38,472 nucleotides of DNA from Methanobacteriota archaeon (lineage in GTDB: Archaea; JAADCQ01; Methanopyri; Methanopyrales; Methanopyraceae): NCBI GenBank assembly GCA_027064305.1, contig JAMOPY010000030.1, positions 1 through 38,472 on the forward strand, in the 5' to 3' direction. Of this stretch, positions 27,722 to 37,028 are shown piece after piece. The translations under genes and the position numbers were made by a program. The notes below the pieces were generated by a model. It was not told the origin of the DNA. It did no database searches and saw only the letters and a program-made list of their open reading frames with translations. How positions within the stretch are numbered: position 1 is the stretch's first letter; the number at the start of each line of letters is the position of its first letter.

Positions 27722-28447
27722 ATGCCGGAGGAGGAGCCGGAGCGGTTGATCTCGGAGGACGGGCTCCGGCTGGACGGTCGGAAGCCCGACGAGATGCGAC
27801 CGATCAAGATCCGCGCCGGCGTGCTCAAGCGCGCGGACGGGTCCGCGTACGTGGAGGTGGGCGCGAACCGGATCGTCGCGGCCGTGTACGGGCCCCGGGA
27901 GCTGCACCCACGGCACAAGCAGAAGCCGGACCGGGCCGTGGTGCGGTTCCGCTACAACATGGCCCCCTTCTCCGTGGACGAGCGAAAGCGCCCGGGCCCC
28001 GACCGGCGCTCCATCGAGATCTCCAAGCTGTCCAAGGAGGCGCTGGAGCCGGCGATCTTCACGGAGTACTACCCGCGCACGGCCATCGACATCTTCGTCG
28101 AGGTCCTGCAGGCGGACGCGGGCACCCGGTGCGCCGGGATCACGGCCGCCTCGGTCGCCCTCGCCGACGCGGGGATCGAGATGCGGGACCTCGTCGCCGC
28201 CTGCGCCGCGGGCAAGGTGGACGGTCACATCGTGCTCGACCCCATGTACTACGAGGATGGGCACGGGGAGGCGGACGTGCCCCTCGCCATGATGCCCAAG
28301 GAGGGCGAGATCACCCTCCTCCAGATGGACGGGGACATGACCCCGGAGGAGCTCAAGAAGGCCATCCGGCTGGCCAAGAAGGGCTGCAAGATCATCTACA
28401 AGGAGCAGCGCCGGGCGCTCAAGCGGAAGTACGGGGAGGAGGAGTGA
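27722..28447 (+). CDS. rrp41: Exosome catalytic subunit Rrp41
   Basis: [41 protein letters not shown]. Confidence 0.97.
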   Translation: MPEEEPERLISEDGLRLDGRKPDEMRPIKIRAGVLKRADGSAYVEVGANRIVAAVYGPRELHPRHKQKPDRAVVRFRYNMAPFSVDERKRPGPDRRSIEISKLSKEALEPAIFTEYYPRTAIDIFVEVLQADAGTRCAGITAASVALADAGIEMRDLVAACAAGKVDGHIVLDPMYYEDGHGEADVPLAMMPKEGEITLLQMDGDMTPEELKKAIRLAKKGCKIIYKEQRRALKRKYGEEE

Positions 28448-28460
28448 GGGGACCCGACGC

Positions 28461-29270
28461 TTGCCCCTGGACCAGGACCTGCTCGCCCGGCTCAAGCGGC
28501 ACGAGGTCCTGGAGGCCCTCCGGGCCGGCGAGCGCGTGGACGGCCGCGACTTCGAGGAGTTCCGACCCATCGAGCTCCGCACGGACGTGATCTCCAAGGC
28601 CAACGGCTCCGCCCTCATCCACCTGGGCAACACCCAGCTCGTCGTCGGCGTCAAGCTGGAGGTCGGCACGCCCTACCCCGACACCCCCGACGAGGGCGCC
28701 CTCGCCGTGAACGCCGAGCTCGTCCCCCTCGCCGACCCCACCTTCGAGCCCGGACCCCCCGACGAGAACGCCATCGAGCTCTCCCGCGTCGTGGACCGGG
28801 GCATCCGCGAGTCCGAGATGATCGACCTCAAGTCCCTCTGCATCCAGGAGGGCGAGCACTGCTGGGTCACCTTCGTCGACATCCACGTGCTGGACCACGA
28901 CGGGAACCTCTTCGACGCCTCCCTCCTCGCCTCCGTCGCCGCCCTCCACCGCACCAGAGTCCCCCGGGCCGAGGTCGTGGACGACGAGGTCGAGGTCGAC
29001 GAGACCGAGACGACCCCCCTCGAGGTCCGCGACTTCCCCGTCTCCGTGACCCTCGCCCTCGTGGACGAGCACCTCCTCGTCGACCCCTGCCTGGACGAGG
29101 AGGTCGTCATGGACGCCCGCGTCACCGTCACCGTGACCGAGGAGGGCCGCATCTGCGCGGTCCAAAAGGGCGAGCGCGGCTCCCTCCCCGAGCACCTCCT
29201 CGACGACGCCATCGACCTCGCCGTGAAGAAGGCGGAAGAAATTAGGAGAGTCGTCAAGGCGCAGCTCTGA
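28461..29270 (+). CDS. rrp42: Exosome subunit Rrp42
   Basis: RVDGRDFEEFRP, FEPGPPDENAIELSRVVDRGIRES, DHDGNLFDA. Confidence 0.97.
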   Translation: MPLDQDLLARLKRHEVLEALRAGERVDGRDFEEFRPIELRTDVISKANGSALIHLGNTQLVVGVKLEVGTPYPDTPDEGALAVNAELVPLADPTFEPGPPDENAIELSRVVDRGIRESEMIDLKSLCIQEGEHCWVTFVDIHVLDHDGNLFDASLLASVAALHRTRVPRAEVVDDEVEVDETETTPLEVRDFPVSVTLALVDEHLLVDPCLDEEVVMDARVTVTVTEEGRICAVQKGERGSLPEHLLDDAIDLAVKKAEEIRRVVKAQL

Positions 29271-29294
29271 GCGCGCCCAAGGGGGTGAACCGCG

Positions 29295-29573
29295 TTGGGC
29301 CGCACCCAGAAGGTCGGGCCCGCCGGCCGGTTCGGCCCCCGGTACGGAATGCGCATCCGACGCCGCGTCGCCGAGATCGAGTCCGTCCAGCGCCAGAAGC
29401 ACGAGTGCCCCGTGTGCCACCGACGGGCCGTCAAGCGCGTGGGCACCGGCATCTGGCGGTGCACCAAGTGCGGCGCGGAGTTCGCCGGCGGCGCGTACTA
29501 CCCGGAGACCGAGGCCCAGCGCATGGTGAAGCGCGCCATCCGCAAGGCCCTCGAGGAAGAGGAGGGCCGGTAG
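29295..29573 (+). CDS. rpl37ae: 50S ribosomal protein L37Ae
   Basis: [12 protein letters not shown]...[17 protein letters not shown]. Confidence 0.97.
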   Translation: MGRTQKVGPAGRFGPRYGMRIRRRVAEIESVQRQKHECPVCHRRAVKRVGTGIWRCTKCGAEFAGGAYYPETEAQRMVKRAIRKALEEEEGR

Positions 29574-29574
29574 C

Positions 29575-29745
29575 ATGCCCGTCTACGGGGAGGAAGAGGA
29601 GGAGAAGTACGAGTACGTCTGCATGCGCTGCGGCAAGCGGGTGCGGCTGAACATCAACGAGGACCCCATCCGGTGCACCCACTGCGGGTTCCGCATCGTC
29701 ATGAAGCCGCGGCACCCGGTACCCAGGAGGTACAAGGCCCGTTGA
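29575..29745 (+). CDS. rpoP: RNA polymerase subunit P (Rpo12)
   Basis: Manual translation MPVYGEEEEEKYEYVCMRCGKRV...IRCTHCGFRIVMKPR; not in the ORF track (56 aa). Confidence 0.93.
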   Translation: MPVYGEEEEEKYEYVCMRCGKRVRLNINEDPIRCTHCGFRIVMKPRHPVPRRYKAR

Positions 29746-30326
29746 GACCCGCCGCCATCACCACCTCCCAGCGACCCGCCCGCCGCACCCGATCCCTCTG
29801 CCGCGACCTCGAGTGCGCCCTCCCCGACGCCGTCTACATCCAACGGGGCACCAAGAACCTCCGGGACACCGTCCTCGAGGCCCTCGAGAACGACGCGGAG
29901 GTCCTCCTGTACGTCTCCGAGGCCAAGGGCAACCCCGCCCGCCTCACCCTCGTGGACCTCTCCGAGCTCCCCCCGCGCGAGCGCCTTCACTTCACCCTCG
30001 GCGGCGTCAAGCTCCAGCGCGAGTTCCCCCACGACGAGAAGCGCGTCAACGTCGAGGGCACCCTCGCGATCACCACGTCCAAGCGCCCCGTCTCCGGCCA
30101 CGTGAAGGTGGCCGAGGCCCTCGCCGACCTCCTCGGCGTCGAGTTCGTCCCGCGCACGGGCCCCCTTGAGCGCGTGCTCGAGGACGCGCTCGCCGACGCC
30201 CTCCTCGTGATCGAGAGCCACCCCACCCACCTCGGCACGCTCACCTTCTACCGGGGGGACCGGAAGGTCGGCCCCTCCCTCTTCTACCGCCGGTTCGAGC
30301 TCCGAGACCGACGGTTCAGGCTCTGA
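29742..30326 (+). CDS. Brix/Imp4-domain ribosome biogenesis protein
   Basis: ITTSQRPARRTRSLCRDL, RGTKNL, KGNPARL; TTGA overlap with the rpoP stop. Confidence 0.9.
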   Translation: MRPAAITTSQRPARRTRSLCRDLECALPDAVYIQRGTKNLRDTVLEALENDAEVLLYVSEAKGNPARLTLVDLSELPPRERLHFTLGGVKLQREFPHDEKRVNVEGTLAITTSKRPVSGHVKVAEALADLLGVEFVPRTGPLERVLEDALADALLVIESHPTHLGTLTFYRGDRKVGPSLFYRRFELRDRRFRL

Positions 30327-30345
30327 ACGCGCGGCGGGTCGCCCC

Positions 30346-30618
30346 TTGCACGAGTTCGAGTGCGAGGCGGAGCTCGCGTCGGAGCGGGCCGCCCGCATCG
30401 TCCACGGGGCCGTCCTCCCCGACCTCCGGGCGATGCCGACCCGACGGAGCGAGATCCGGGTCGAGCGCCGGGGTAACAACATACAAATACTCATCAAGGC
30501 CGAGGACGTCCCGGCGCTGAGGGCCTCCGTCACCGGAACGCTCCGCCTCCTGACCGTGTCCGAACGCGTACTGGAGGTCGTGAGGGGGTCGACCGAGGAT
30601 GGCGCAACAGGACGTTGA
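30346..30618 (+). CDS. pcc1: KEOPS subunit Pcc1
   Basis: VLPD...RSEI...IKAEDVPALRASVTGTLRLL; superoperon position. Confidence 0.85.
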   Translation: MHEFECEAELASERAARIVHGAVLPDLRAMPTRRSEIRVERRGNNIQILIKAEDVPALRASVTGTLRLLTVSERVLEVVRGSTEDGATGR

Positions 30619-30961
30619 GCAGCAGGTGGCCCAGCTCCAGCAGCTCCAGCAGCAGCTGAGCTCGATCGTGGCCCAGAAGCAGCAGCTCGAGATGCAGCTG
30701 CGCGAGATCGAGCGCGCGCTGGAGGAGCTGGAGGAGATCGACGAGGACACGAAGATCTACAAGACCGTGGGCGGCCTCCTCATCGAGGCGGACCGGGACG
30801 AGGTGAAGGAGGAGCTGGAGGATCGGAAGGAGACCCTGGAGCTCCGCGTCAAGACGCTGGAGAAGCAGGAGAAGCGGGTGCAGGAGCAGATCGAGAGCCT
30901 GCAGAAGCGCCTCCAGAAGGTCCTGCAGCAGCAACAACAGGCGGGAGGAGGGGCCGCCTAA
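30599..30961 (+). CDS. pfdB: Prefoldin beta subunit
   Basis: QLQQLQQQL...IYKTVGGLLI...KETLELRVKTLEKQE. Confidence 0.95.
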   Translation: MAQQDVEQQVAQLQQLQQQLSSIVAQKQQLEMQLREIERALEELEEIDEDTKIYKTVGGLLIEADRDEVKEELEDRKETLELRVKTLEKQEKRVQEQIESLQKRLQKVLQQQQQAGGGAA

Positions 30962-30968
30962 CGCGCCA

Positions 30969-31229
30969 TTGCCCCGTCGGCTCGATCCCCGGAGCGTGGA
31001 AAAAATCCAGGAGGCGGCGTTGCGCGAGCTCTACCGGCTGATTCCCAAGCGGGACCTGGAGGACGTGGACGTACGCGTGGTGATCGACGGCGACGACGTG
31101 GACGTGCGCGTGGAGGTCACCGTGCACCCGCTGAGCGAGCTGTCCGACGGGGAAATCCAGGAGGCGGTGGAAAAAGCCGCGGAGGCCGCGATCCGGGCCG
31201 CGGACGAGCTGATGAAGGGCACCGATTAG
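30969..31229 (+). CDS. DUF3194-like protein
   Basis: IPKRDLEDVDVRV...VEVTVHPLS...AVEKA; follows pfdB as in other Euryarchaeota. Confidence 0.7.
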   Translation: MPRRLDPRSVEKIQEAALRELYRLIPKRDLEDVDVRVVIDGDDVDVRVEVTVHPLSELSDGEIQEAVEKAAEAAIRAADELMKGTD

Positions 31230-31708
31230 GCGGCCGGGATCTTCGACGCGCCCCTCCTGCCGTTTTTCCCGATGCTGTAGAGGCCCACCAGGGCCGCGAT
31301 CAGCGCGCCCACCAACAGCTGAGCGTTCACGGTGCTACGCTCCGCCGTGTCCGGCTGGCGCAGCCGCTCCTTCAGCCCGCCCGCGGTCTTTTCACCCGTC
31401 TCCTCCCGCGGCTTCGATTCTCGCTTCTCCTCGGTCGTCCGGGTCGATCCCGCCCCCGCCTCGGACCGCACGCTCTCCTCCGACCGCTCGCTCACCTCCT
31501 CCGGACCGCTGGACCGCACCTCGACCCTCTTAACCTCACGCTTGGGCTCGGGGACCGTCGGCTTCACCGCCTCGCTGGGCGGGGTGTTAACCTCCGGCTG
31601 GGACGCGGGCGCGCCCTTACCGGCCTCCGTCGCGGCCGAGGTCACGTCCGCGCCCGCGGCCGGGCCGATGAGCCCGGCGAGCAGGCACAGGATGAGGGCC
31701 GGAACCAC
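31226..31708 (-). CDS. Secreted, C-terminally anchored low-complexity surface protein
   Basis: GTG 31708 follows GGGGGTG; signal peptide VPALILCLLAGLIGPAAGA, P/S/E/T-rich middle, TM LLVGALIAALVGLYSI plus basic tail. Confidence 0.7.
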   Translation of the reverse strand: MVPALILCLLAGLIGPAAGADVTSAATEAGKGAPASQPEVNTPPSEAVKPTVPEPKREVKRVEVRSSGPEEVSERSEESVRSEAGAGSTRTTEEKRESKPREETGEKTAGGLKERLRQPDTAERSTVNAQLLVGALIAALVGLYSIGKNGRRGASKIPAA

Positions 31709-31730
31709 CAGCGGGGCCCACCCCCGAGGC

Positions 31731-32939
31731 TCACGAGGTCTGGATCTTGACCACGTCCCCGTGCTCGAGCTCGTAGTCCTCACCCACCACCTCTCGCGAT
31801 CCGTCCGGCCTCAGCACCACCGCCCTATTAAAACTCTGCCCGAGATCGGTGTGGATCTTGTAGGCCAGCTCGCGGACCGTGGTCCCCTTCCGCACCAGGA
31901 ACGCGTCCGGCAGCACCCGACCCTCCGAGTCCGAGAGCTTGCTCTCGTTCTCCACCGGGTAAACCAGGATCATCCCGGCCACGTCGAACACGGCCGTGTT
32001 GAGCGCCTCTTGGACGCCCGTCGATCCCCACCGCTCCAGCACCCGCTCCCGGATGAACTCCAGCGCCTCCCGCTGCCGGTCGCTGAGCTCGTCCTCCTTC
32101 AGGACCTCGAAGTCCCCCTCCCCGGGCAGGTACCGGATGAGCCCCCGCTCCGCCGCCCGACGGAGGGCCAGCTCGGCCTCCGCGCACGTGGGCACGACCG
32201 GGTACTCCACCTCGCGCTTCAACCGCTCGATGTACTCCTCCGCGCAGTCCACGTCCGCCTTGTTCGCCGCGATGACCATCGGCTTGTTCACCCGCCGGAT
32301 CTCCCGGGCGAACCGGCGCAGATCCTCCTCCGACCACTCCTCGAGGTTGTCCGGCACCCCCGACTCGTCCAGCGCCCGCTCCACGTCCTCCAGCGAGACC
32401 CCGATCCCCGCCAGCCGCTCCCGCAGCACCTCCGACACCGGCTTCTTCTCCAGGCTCGCCCGCTTCACCGTCCGGTCCCAGTCCCGCGACAGGATGCCCG
32501 CGATCCACTCGTCCAGCTCCCGCTCCAGGAACCGCACGTCCTCGACCGGGTCCCGCGAGCACGGCTCGCACGGGCGCCCCTCCTCGTCCGTCGCCCCCGC
32601 CGCGTCCACCACGTGAATCAGCACCGTCGCCTGCCGGAGATCGTCCAGGAACTGGTTCCCCAGCCCCCGACCCTCGTGCGCCCCCGGCACGAGGCCCGCC
32701 ACGTCGATCAGCTCCACCGGGACGAACCGGCGCCCGTCCACGCACTCGGAGTTGCGCGGGTCGCACTCGACCCCGAACCGCCGGCACGGGCACTCGTCCA
32801 CCACGTGCGCCACGCCCTTATTGGGGTCGACCGTGGTGAACGGGTAGTTACCCGTCTCCACCGGGGACAGCGTCGCGGCCGCGAAGAACGTGCTCTTGCC
32901 CACGTTCGGCTTCCCGACGATGCCCACCTGCACGCCCAA
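31731..32939 (-). CDS. ychF: Obg-family YchF-like GTPase/ATPase with TGS domain
   Basis: GKPNVGKST, YPFTTVDPN, DVAGLVPGAHEGRGLGNQFL, ANKAD, AYKIHTDL, HGDVVKI. Confidence 0.92.
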   Translation of the reverse strand: MGVQVGIVGKPNVGKSTFFAAATLSPVETGNYPFTTVDPNKGVAHVVDECPCRRFGVECDPRNSECVDGRRFVPVELIDVAGLVPGAHEGRGLGNQFLDDLRQATVLIHVVDAAGATDEEGRPCEPCSRDPVEDVRFLERELDEWIAGILSRDWDRTVKRASLEKKPVSEVLRERLAGIGVSLEDVERALDESGVPDNLEEWSEEDLRRFAREIRRVNKPMVIAANKADVDCAEEYIERLKREVEYPVVPTCAEAELALRRAAERGLIRYLPGEGDFEVLKEDELSDRQREALEFIRERVLERWGSTGVQEALNTAVFDVAGMILVYPVENESKLSDSEGRVLPDAFLVRKGTTVRELAYKIHTDLGQSFNRAVVLRPDGSREVVGEDYELEHGDVVKIQTS

Positions 32940-32964
32940 GACCGCTACCCTGGGGGCGTCGACG

Positions 32965-34032
32965 GTGCGCGTGCTAATAGCTTCAGGGGACGGTGGTCAC
33001 CTCACCCGGGCCGTGGCCCTCGCCGAGGAGCTCGAGGACCGGGGCCACGAGGTGGTCTTCGCCGTGAACGAGGACTCCGAGCAGGCCCGGGAGCGGCTGG
33101 ACCGGGCCGGCTTCCGGGAGCGCATCGGCCTACCGCGACCGCGCCGCGTCGGGGACCCCGCCTGGCGCGCCGCCCTCGGGGGCCTGCGCAACCTCCTGCG
33201 CGCCCGACGCGCGCTGGACCGGGTGAACCCGGACCTCGTGCTCTCCACCGGGGCCGGCGTGGCGATCGGACCCATGGTCGCCGGCAAGCTCCGCGGCCTG
33301 CCCGTCGCCCACTACGAGCCCACGGACGTCGTGTCCGTCTCCGGCCGCGTCGCCAAGTACTGCGCGGACCTCATCGGCGTGTGGGACCGGGACCTGAAGG
33401 AGTACTACGGGGACCGGGCCGTGGCCGTCGGCATCGTGCTCCCCAGGGCCTTCGACGAGGCGGACCCGGAGGAGGCCCGGGAGCGGTACGGCCTGGGCGA
33501 GCGGGTGCTGGTGTGGACGACCGGCTCCGGCGGGTACGAGCCCGCGCTGCGCGCGCTGATCACCTGCGCCGAGCAGGGGCTCCTCGAGGACTGGGACGTG
33601 GTGGTGAACACGGGGCGGGCCATGGACCCGGAGCGGCTGAGCCGGAAGCTGGAGGGCCGCTGCCGCCGGGCGGTCGTGCGCCGGTTCTTCCACGACTTCC
33701 CCGCCCTGCTCAAGGCGGCCCGGCTGGTCGTGTGCCTGGGCGGTGCCACCCCCGTCGAGGCGGCCGCGCTCGGGAAGCCGATCGTCGTCCTACCCCGCCG
33801 GGACGTCCTTCGGGACCACCAGTACGTGACGGCCAAGAAGCTCGAGCGGCTGGGCGTCGCCTTCGCGGCGGAGGACGCCGCGGACGAGGAGAGCGTCCTG
33901 CGGGCGGTTCGAAAGGCCCTGGAGGCGGGGGAGGAGCGGTGGCGGGAGATGGGCGAGCGGGGCCGGGAGCTGTTCGGGGGGAACGCCCGCGAAAGGTTCG
34001 TTAGCCTCTGCGAGAGGCTCGCGGCCGGATGA
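32965..34032 (+). CDS. MurG-like GT28 glycosyltransferase
   Basis: VLIASGDGGH, PDLVLSTGAG, TTGSGG, GGATPVEAAALGKP, DHQ. Confidence 0.85.
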   Translation: MRVLIASGDGGHLTRAVALAEELEDRGHEVVFAVNEDSEQARERLDRAGFRERIGLPRPRRVGDPAWRAALGGLRNLLRARRALDRVNPDLVLSTGAGVAIGPMVAGKLRGLPVAHYEPTDVVSVSGRVAKYCADLIGVWDRDLKEYYGDRAVAVGIVLPRAFDEADPEEARERYGLGERVLVWTTGSGGYEPALRALITCAEQGLLEDWDVVVNTGRAMDPERLSRKLEGRCRRAVVRRFFHDFPALLKAARLVVCLGGATPVEAAALGKPIVVLPRRDVLRDHQYVTAKKLERLGVAFAAEDAADEESVLRAVRKALEAGEERWREMGERGRELFGGNARERFVSLCERLAAG

Positions 34033-34086
34033 GGAGGTCTCCGCACGGCCGAGCCCGGGATGAGGAGCTCCCCCTTTGCCGACGCC
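34023..34086 (+). ncRNA. Box C/D 2'-O-methylation guide sRNA
   Basis: Box C ATGAGGA 34029 (contains the upstream TGA stop); guide GGTCTCCGCACGG; D' CCGA; C' ATGAGGA 34060; guide GCTCCCCCTTTG; D CCGA 34079; terminal GGC(C)G/CGCC. Confidence 0.82.
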
Positions 34087-34527
34087 TCAGACCTCGACGA
34101 CGCGCAGCCCCCGCTCCCTCAGCCGGTCCAGCAGCTCCCGACCCCGCTCACCGCCCACGACCTCGACCTGCACGTACCCCACGTCGAACCGGCCCTGGAC
34201 CCGCAGCCCCTCCCCCTGAAGGTCGAAGGAGAACGAGCGCACCCCGGTCTCGGCCGCGCAGGCGAGCACCTCCTCCGGAATGCTCGGGTCGTCGACGGTG
34301 GCGGAGAGCCGGGGCCGGTCGGAACCGAGCTCGACGATCACGCTAACCCTGGCGTCCTCGGCCTCGATCACGGCCCGGGCCTCGCGACGGTGCCGGGCGG
34401 TGACGCGCGCCTCGGCGCCCTCGAGGGCGTTGAGCGCGCACCTCAGGAGCCCGACCGCGTCCTGTCGCACGGGCCCGGGCACGTCCAGCTCGGTGAGGGT
34501 GAGCTCGAACTCGAGGGTCGCGTCCAC
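34087..34527 (-). CDS. Hypothetical protein
   Basis: 146 aa ORF with typical codon usage and a beta-rich pattern; flanked by two C/D sRNAs. Confidence 0.7.
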   Translation of the reverse strand: MDATLEFELTLTELDVPGPVRQDAVGLLRCALNALEGAEARVTARHRREARAVIEAEDARVSVIVELGSDRPRLSATVDDPSIPEEVLACAAETGVRSFSFDLQGEGLRVQGRFDVGYVQVEVVGGERGRELLDRLRERGLRVVEV

Positions 34528-34530
34528 GGG

Positions 34531-34594
34531 GCCCCGATGACGAGGGAATCCCTTGGTGACCTTGTAATGATCGGTGGGGCCTTAGCCGAGGGGC
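34531..34594 (+). ncRNA. Box C/D 2'-O-methylation guide sRNA
   Basis: Stem GCCCC/GGGGC; box C ATGACGA 34537; guide GGGAATCCCTTG; D' GTGA; C' ATGATCG 34567; guide GTGGGGCCTTAG; D CCGA 34586. Confidence 0.85.
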
Positions 34595-35559
34595 TTGCGG
34601 AGCCGGGCGACGAAGAAGAGCTCCGTGCCGTGCCGGTGGGGGTAGAACCGGGCGCAGGCCTCCCGCACCTCCCGGTCCACGCCGGGTACCCGAAGCCCGG
34701 GCTCGGCCCAGTCGATGTCCACGGGCTCGGGCTCCAGGCCCAGCTCCTCGACCGCGTACTGCACGTTGAGCTCGTTCTCCTCCGGGGAGAACGTGCAGGT
34801 GGAGTAGACGAGGACGCCGCCCGGCTTGAGCACCTCGACGGCGGCCCGGAGGAGGCGCCGCTGCAGGCGGGCGCAGTGCTCGATGTCCTCGGGGTCCCGG
34901 CTGCGCCGCCGGCTGGGGTCCTTGTGGATGACGCCCTCGCCCGTGCACGGCACGTCCAGGAGCACGCGGTCGAACTCCCAGTCGGTTCGGGGCAGGTCGA
35001 GGGCGTTCATGCGCAGGGCGAGGCAGTTCGCCACGCGGCAGCGGTGCAGGTTGCTCTTCAGCTTGCGGACTCGGTCCGGGTCGACGTCGATGGCGATCAG
35101 CGTGCCCTCGTTGCGCATGAGCTGGGCGAGGTGCGTGGTCTTCCCGCCCGGGGCCGCGCACGCGTCGAGCACGCGCTCGCCGGGCCGCGGGTCGAGGACC
35201 ACGGGCGGGACCATCGAGGCCGCGTCCTGCGGCACGTAGTACCCGAGCATGTACTCGAGGGTGGCGCCCAGGGAGATGGGAGGCTCCTCCACCACCCAGA
35301 AGCCCTCGTCGATGGGCTCGGGACAGCGCTCCAGCCTGAAGCCGCGCTTCCCCTCGAGCTGCCTCCGCAGGTCCTCCGGGGTGACGAGGAGGGTGTTGGT
35401 GCGGAGGGCGGGGCGGACGTCGTCAAGGTGCTCCAGGAGCTCTCGGGTCTCCCGGCGCCCCAGGAACCGGAGGTACCGGGCGACCATGTAGGGGCGCAGG
35501 CCGTGCTCCTCGGCGAGGCGGCGGGCCCGCTCGTCCGGTTCGGGCAGGAACACGCGCAT
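34582..35559 (-). CDS. RsmB/NOL1/NOP2 family RNA m5C methyltransferase
   Basis: QDAASM, LDACAAPGGKT, LLDVPCTGEG, YSTCTFSPEENE. Confidence 0.95.
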   Translation of the reverse strand: MRVFLPEPDERARRLAEEHGLRPYMVARYLRFLGRRETRELLEHLDDVRPALRTNTLLVTPEDLRRQLEGKRGFRLERCPEPIDEGFWVVEEPPISLGATLEYMLGYYVPQDAASMVPPVVLDPRPGERVLDACAAPGGKTTHLAQLMRNEGTLIAIDVDPDRVRKLKSNLHRCRVANCLALRMNALDLPRTDWEFDRVLLDVPCTGEGVIHKDPSRRRSRDPEDIEHCARLQRRLLRAAVEVLKPGGVLVYSTCTFSPEENELNVQYAVEELGLEPEPVDIDWAEPGLRVPGVDREVREACARFYPHRHGTELFFVARLRKPLG

Positions 35560-35566
35560 GGTCGGA

Positions 35567-36841
35567 TCACGTGCCCTCCTTCCAGCTCCTCAGGTACTCC
35601 CGCTGCTCCGGCGTGAGCTCCTCGAGCTCGACGCCCATCGACTCGAGCTTCAGCTCGGCGACCCGCCGGTCGATCTCGGACGGGACCTCGTACACGCCCG
35701 GCTCCATCGACTCGCCCTCCCGCGCCAGCCGCTCGACGGAGAGGGCCTGCAGGGCGAAGCTGATGTCCATGATCTCGATCGGGTGCCCCTCGCCCGCCGC
35801 GAGGTTCACGAGCCGGCCCTCCGCCACGAGGTAGATCCGGCGCCCGTCCGGCATGCGGTACTCCGTGACCAGCCCCCCGCGCCGCTCGACCTTCTCCTCG
35901 CAATGCTCCTCCAGGTACTCCTTGTCGATCTCCACGTCGAAGTGGCCGGCGTTGGCGAGGATGGCCCCGTCCTTCATCCGCTCGATGTGCTCGCCGCGGA
36001 TCACGTCCCGGTTGCCGGTCGCCGTGATGAAGATGTCCCCCTCCTCCGCCGCCCGGTCCATCGGCATGACCCGGAACCCGTCGAACACGGCCTCCATCGC
36101 CCGGATCGGGTCCACCTCCACCACGATCACGTCCGCGCCCAGACCCCGCGCCCGCCGCGCGATGCCCCGACCGCACCAGCCGTACCCGGCGACCACGACC
36201 GTCTTCCCCGCGATCAGCACGTTCGTCGCCCGCATCAGCCCGTCCAGCGCGCTCTGCCCCGTCCCGTACCGGTTGTCCATGAGGTACTTCGTCCGCGCGT
36301 CGTTCACCGCGATCACCGGGAACCTGAGCTTCCCGTCCCGGTGCATGGCCCGGAGCCGCTGCACGCCGGTCGTCGTCTCCTCCGTCGCCCCGATGATCCG
36401 ATCGGCCAGCTCCGGGTGCTCCAGGTGCACCCGGGTGATGCAGTCCGCCCCGTCGTCCACGAGGATATCCGGCTCGTGGCTCAGCACCCGGTCGATGTTC
36501 TCGTAGTACTCCTCCCGCGTCTCCCCGCGCCACGCGTACACGTGCACCCCCTCCTCCACCAGCGCCGCCGCCACCTCGTCCTTCGTCGACAGCGGGTTGC
36601 ACCCCGTGATCGCCACCTCCGCGCCGCCCGCCATCAGCGTCTCCACGAGAACCGCCGTCTTCGCCTCCAGGTGCAGGGTCATCCCCACCGTGAGCCCCTC
36701 CAGCGGCCGCTCCTCCTCGAAGCGCTCCCGGATGATCCGCAGCACGGGCATGTGCTCGCGGGCCCACTCGATCATGTCCCGACCCTTCGGCGCCAGGGAC
36801 GGGTCCCGGATCGCGTACTCACCCTCCTTCACCACGACCAC
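35567..36841 (-). CDS. ahcY: Adenosylhomocysteinase (S-adenosyl/S-inosylhomocysteine hydrolase)
   Basis: [56 protein letters not shown]. Confidence 0.96.
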   Translation of the reverse strand: MVVVKEGEYAIRDPSLAPKGRDMIEWAREHMPVLRIIRERFEEERPLEGLTVGMTLHLEAKTAVLVETLMAGGAEVAITGCNPLSTKDEVAAALVEEGVHVYAWRGETREEYYENIDRVLSHEPDILVDDGADCITRVHLEHPELADRIIGATEETTTGVQRLRAMHRDGKLRFPVIAVNDARTKYLMDNRYGTGQSALDGLMRATNVLIAGKTVVVAGYGWCGRGIARRARGLGADVIVVEVDPIRAMEAVFDGFRVMPMDRAAEEGDIFITATGNRDVIRGEHIERMKDGAILANAGHFDVEIDKEYLEEHCEEKVERRGGLVTEYRMPDGRRIYLVAEGRLVNLAAGEGHPIEIMDISFALQALSVERLAREGESMEPGVYEVPSEIDRRVAELKLESMGVELEELTPEQREYLRSWKEGT

Positions 36842-36853
36842 GCGCTCCCGCCC

Positions 36854-36867
36854 CCGAGAAATTATAG
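36854..36867 (+). promoter_or_regulatory. BRE plus TATA box for the H/ACA RNA
   Basis: CCGAGAA-ATTATAG; the TATA starts 25 nt upstream of G36886, the first base of hairpin 1. Confidence 0.6.
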
Positions 36868-36885
36868 CCGGGACCGGGCCCGGCC

Positions 36886-37028
36886 GACCGGGGCCCCCGG
36901 CGGGGCGAGGCGGTATTCACCGCGCGATGAACCCCGCCGTCACGATCCCGGTACACCCCGCCCCGTCACGCCCGGGAGCAGGCCGCGACGCCGTCCGTGA
37001 CCGGGCGACCTGGCCGCCGGGTACATAT
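36886..37028 (+). ncRNA. Two-hairpin box H/ACA pseudouridylation guide RNA with K-turns
   Basis: HP1: ACCGGG/CCCGGT lower stem, pocket, GGCGGGG/CCCCGCC upper stem, GA/GAT-GA K-turn, ACA 36953. HP2: CCCG/CGGG, pocket, CGCCCGG/CCGGGCG, GA/CGT-GA K-turn, ACA 37023, then a T-rich tail. Confidence 0.85.

Noticed and set aside
31662-31719. Two GATGAG motifs with GGGCC/GGCCC ends resembling a C/D RNA
   Set aside because: Antisense of Leu-Ile codons in a signal peptide; no valid D boxes
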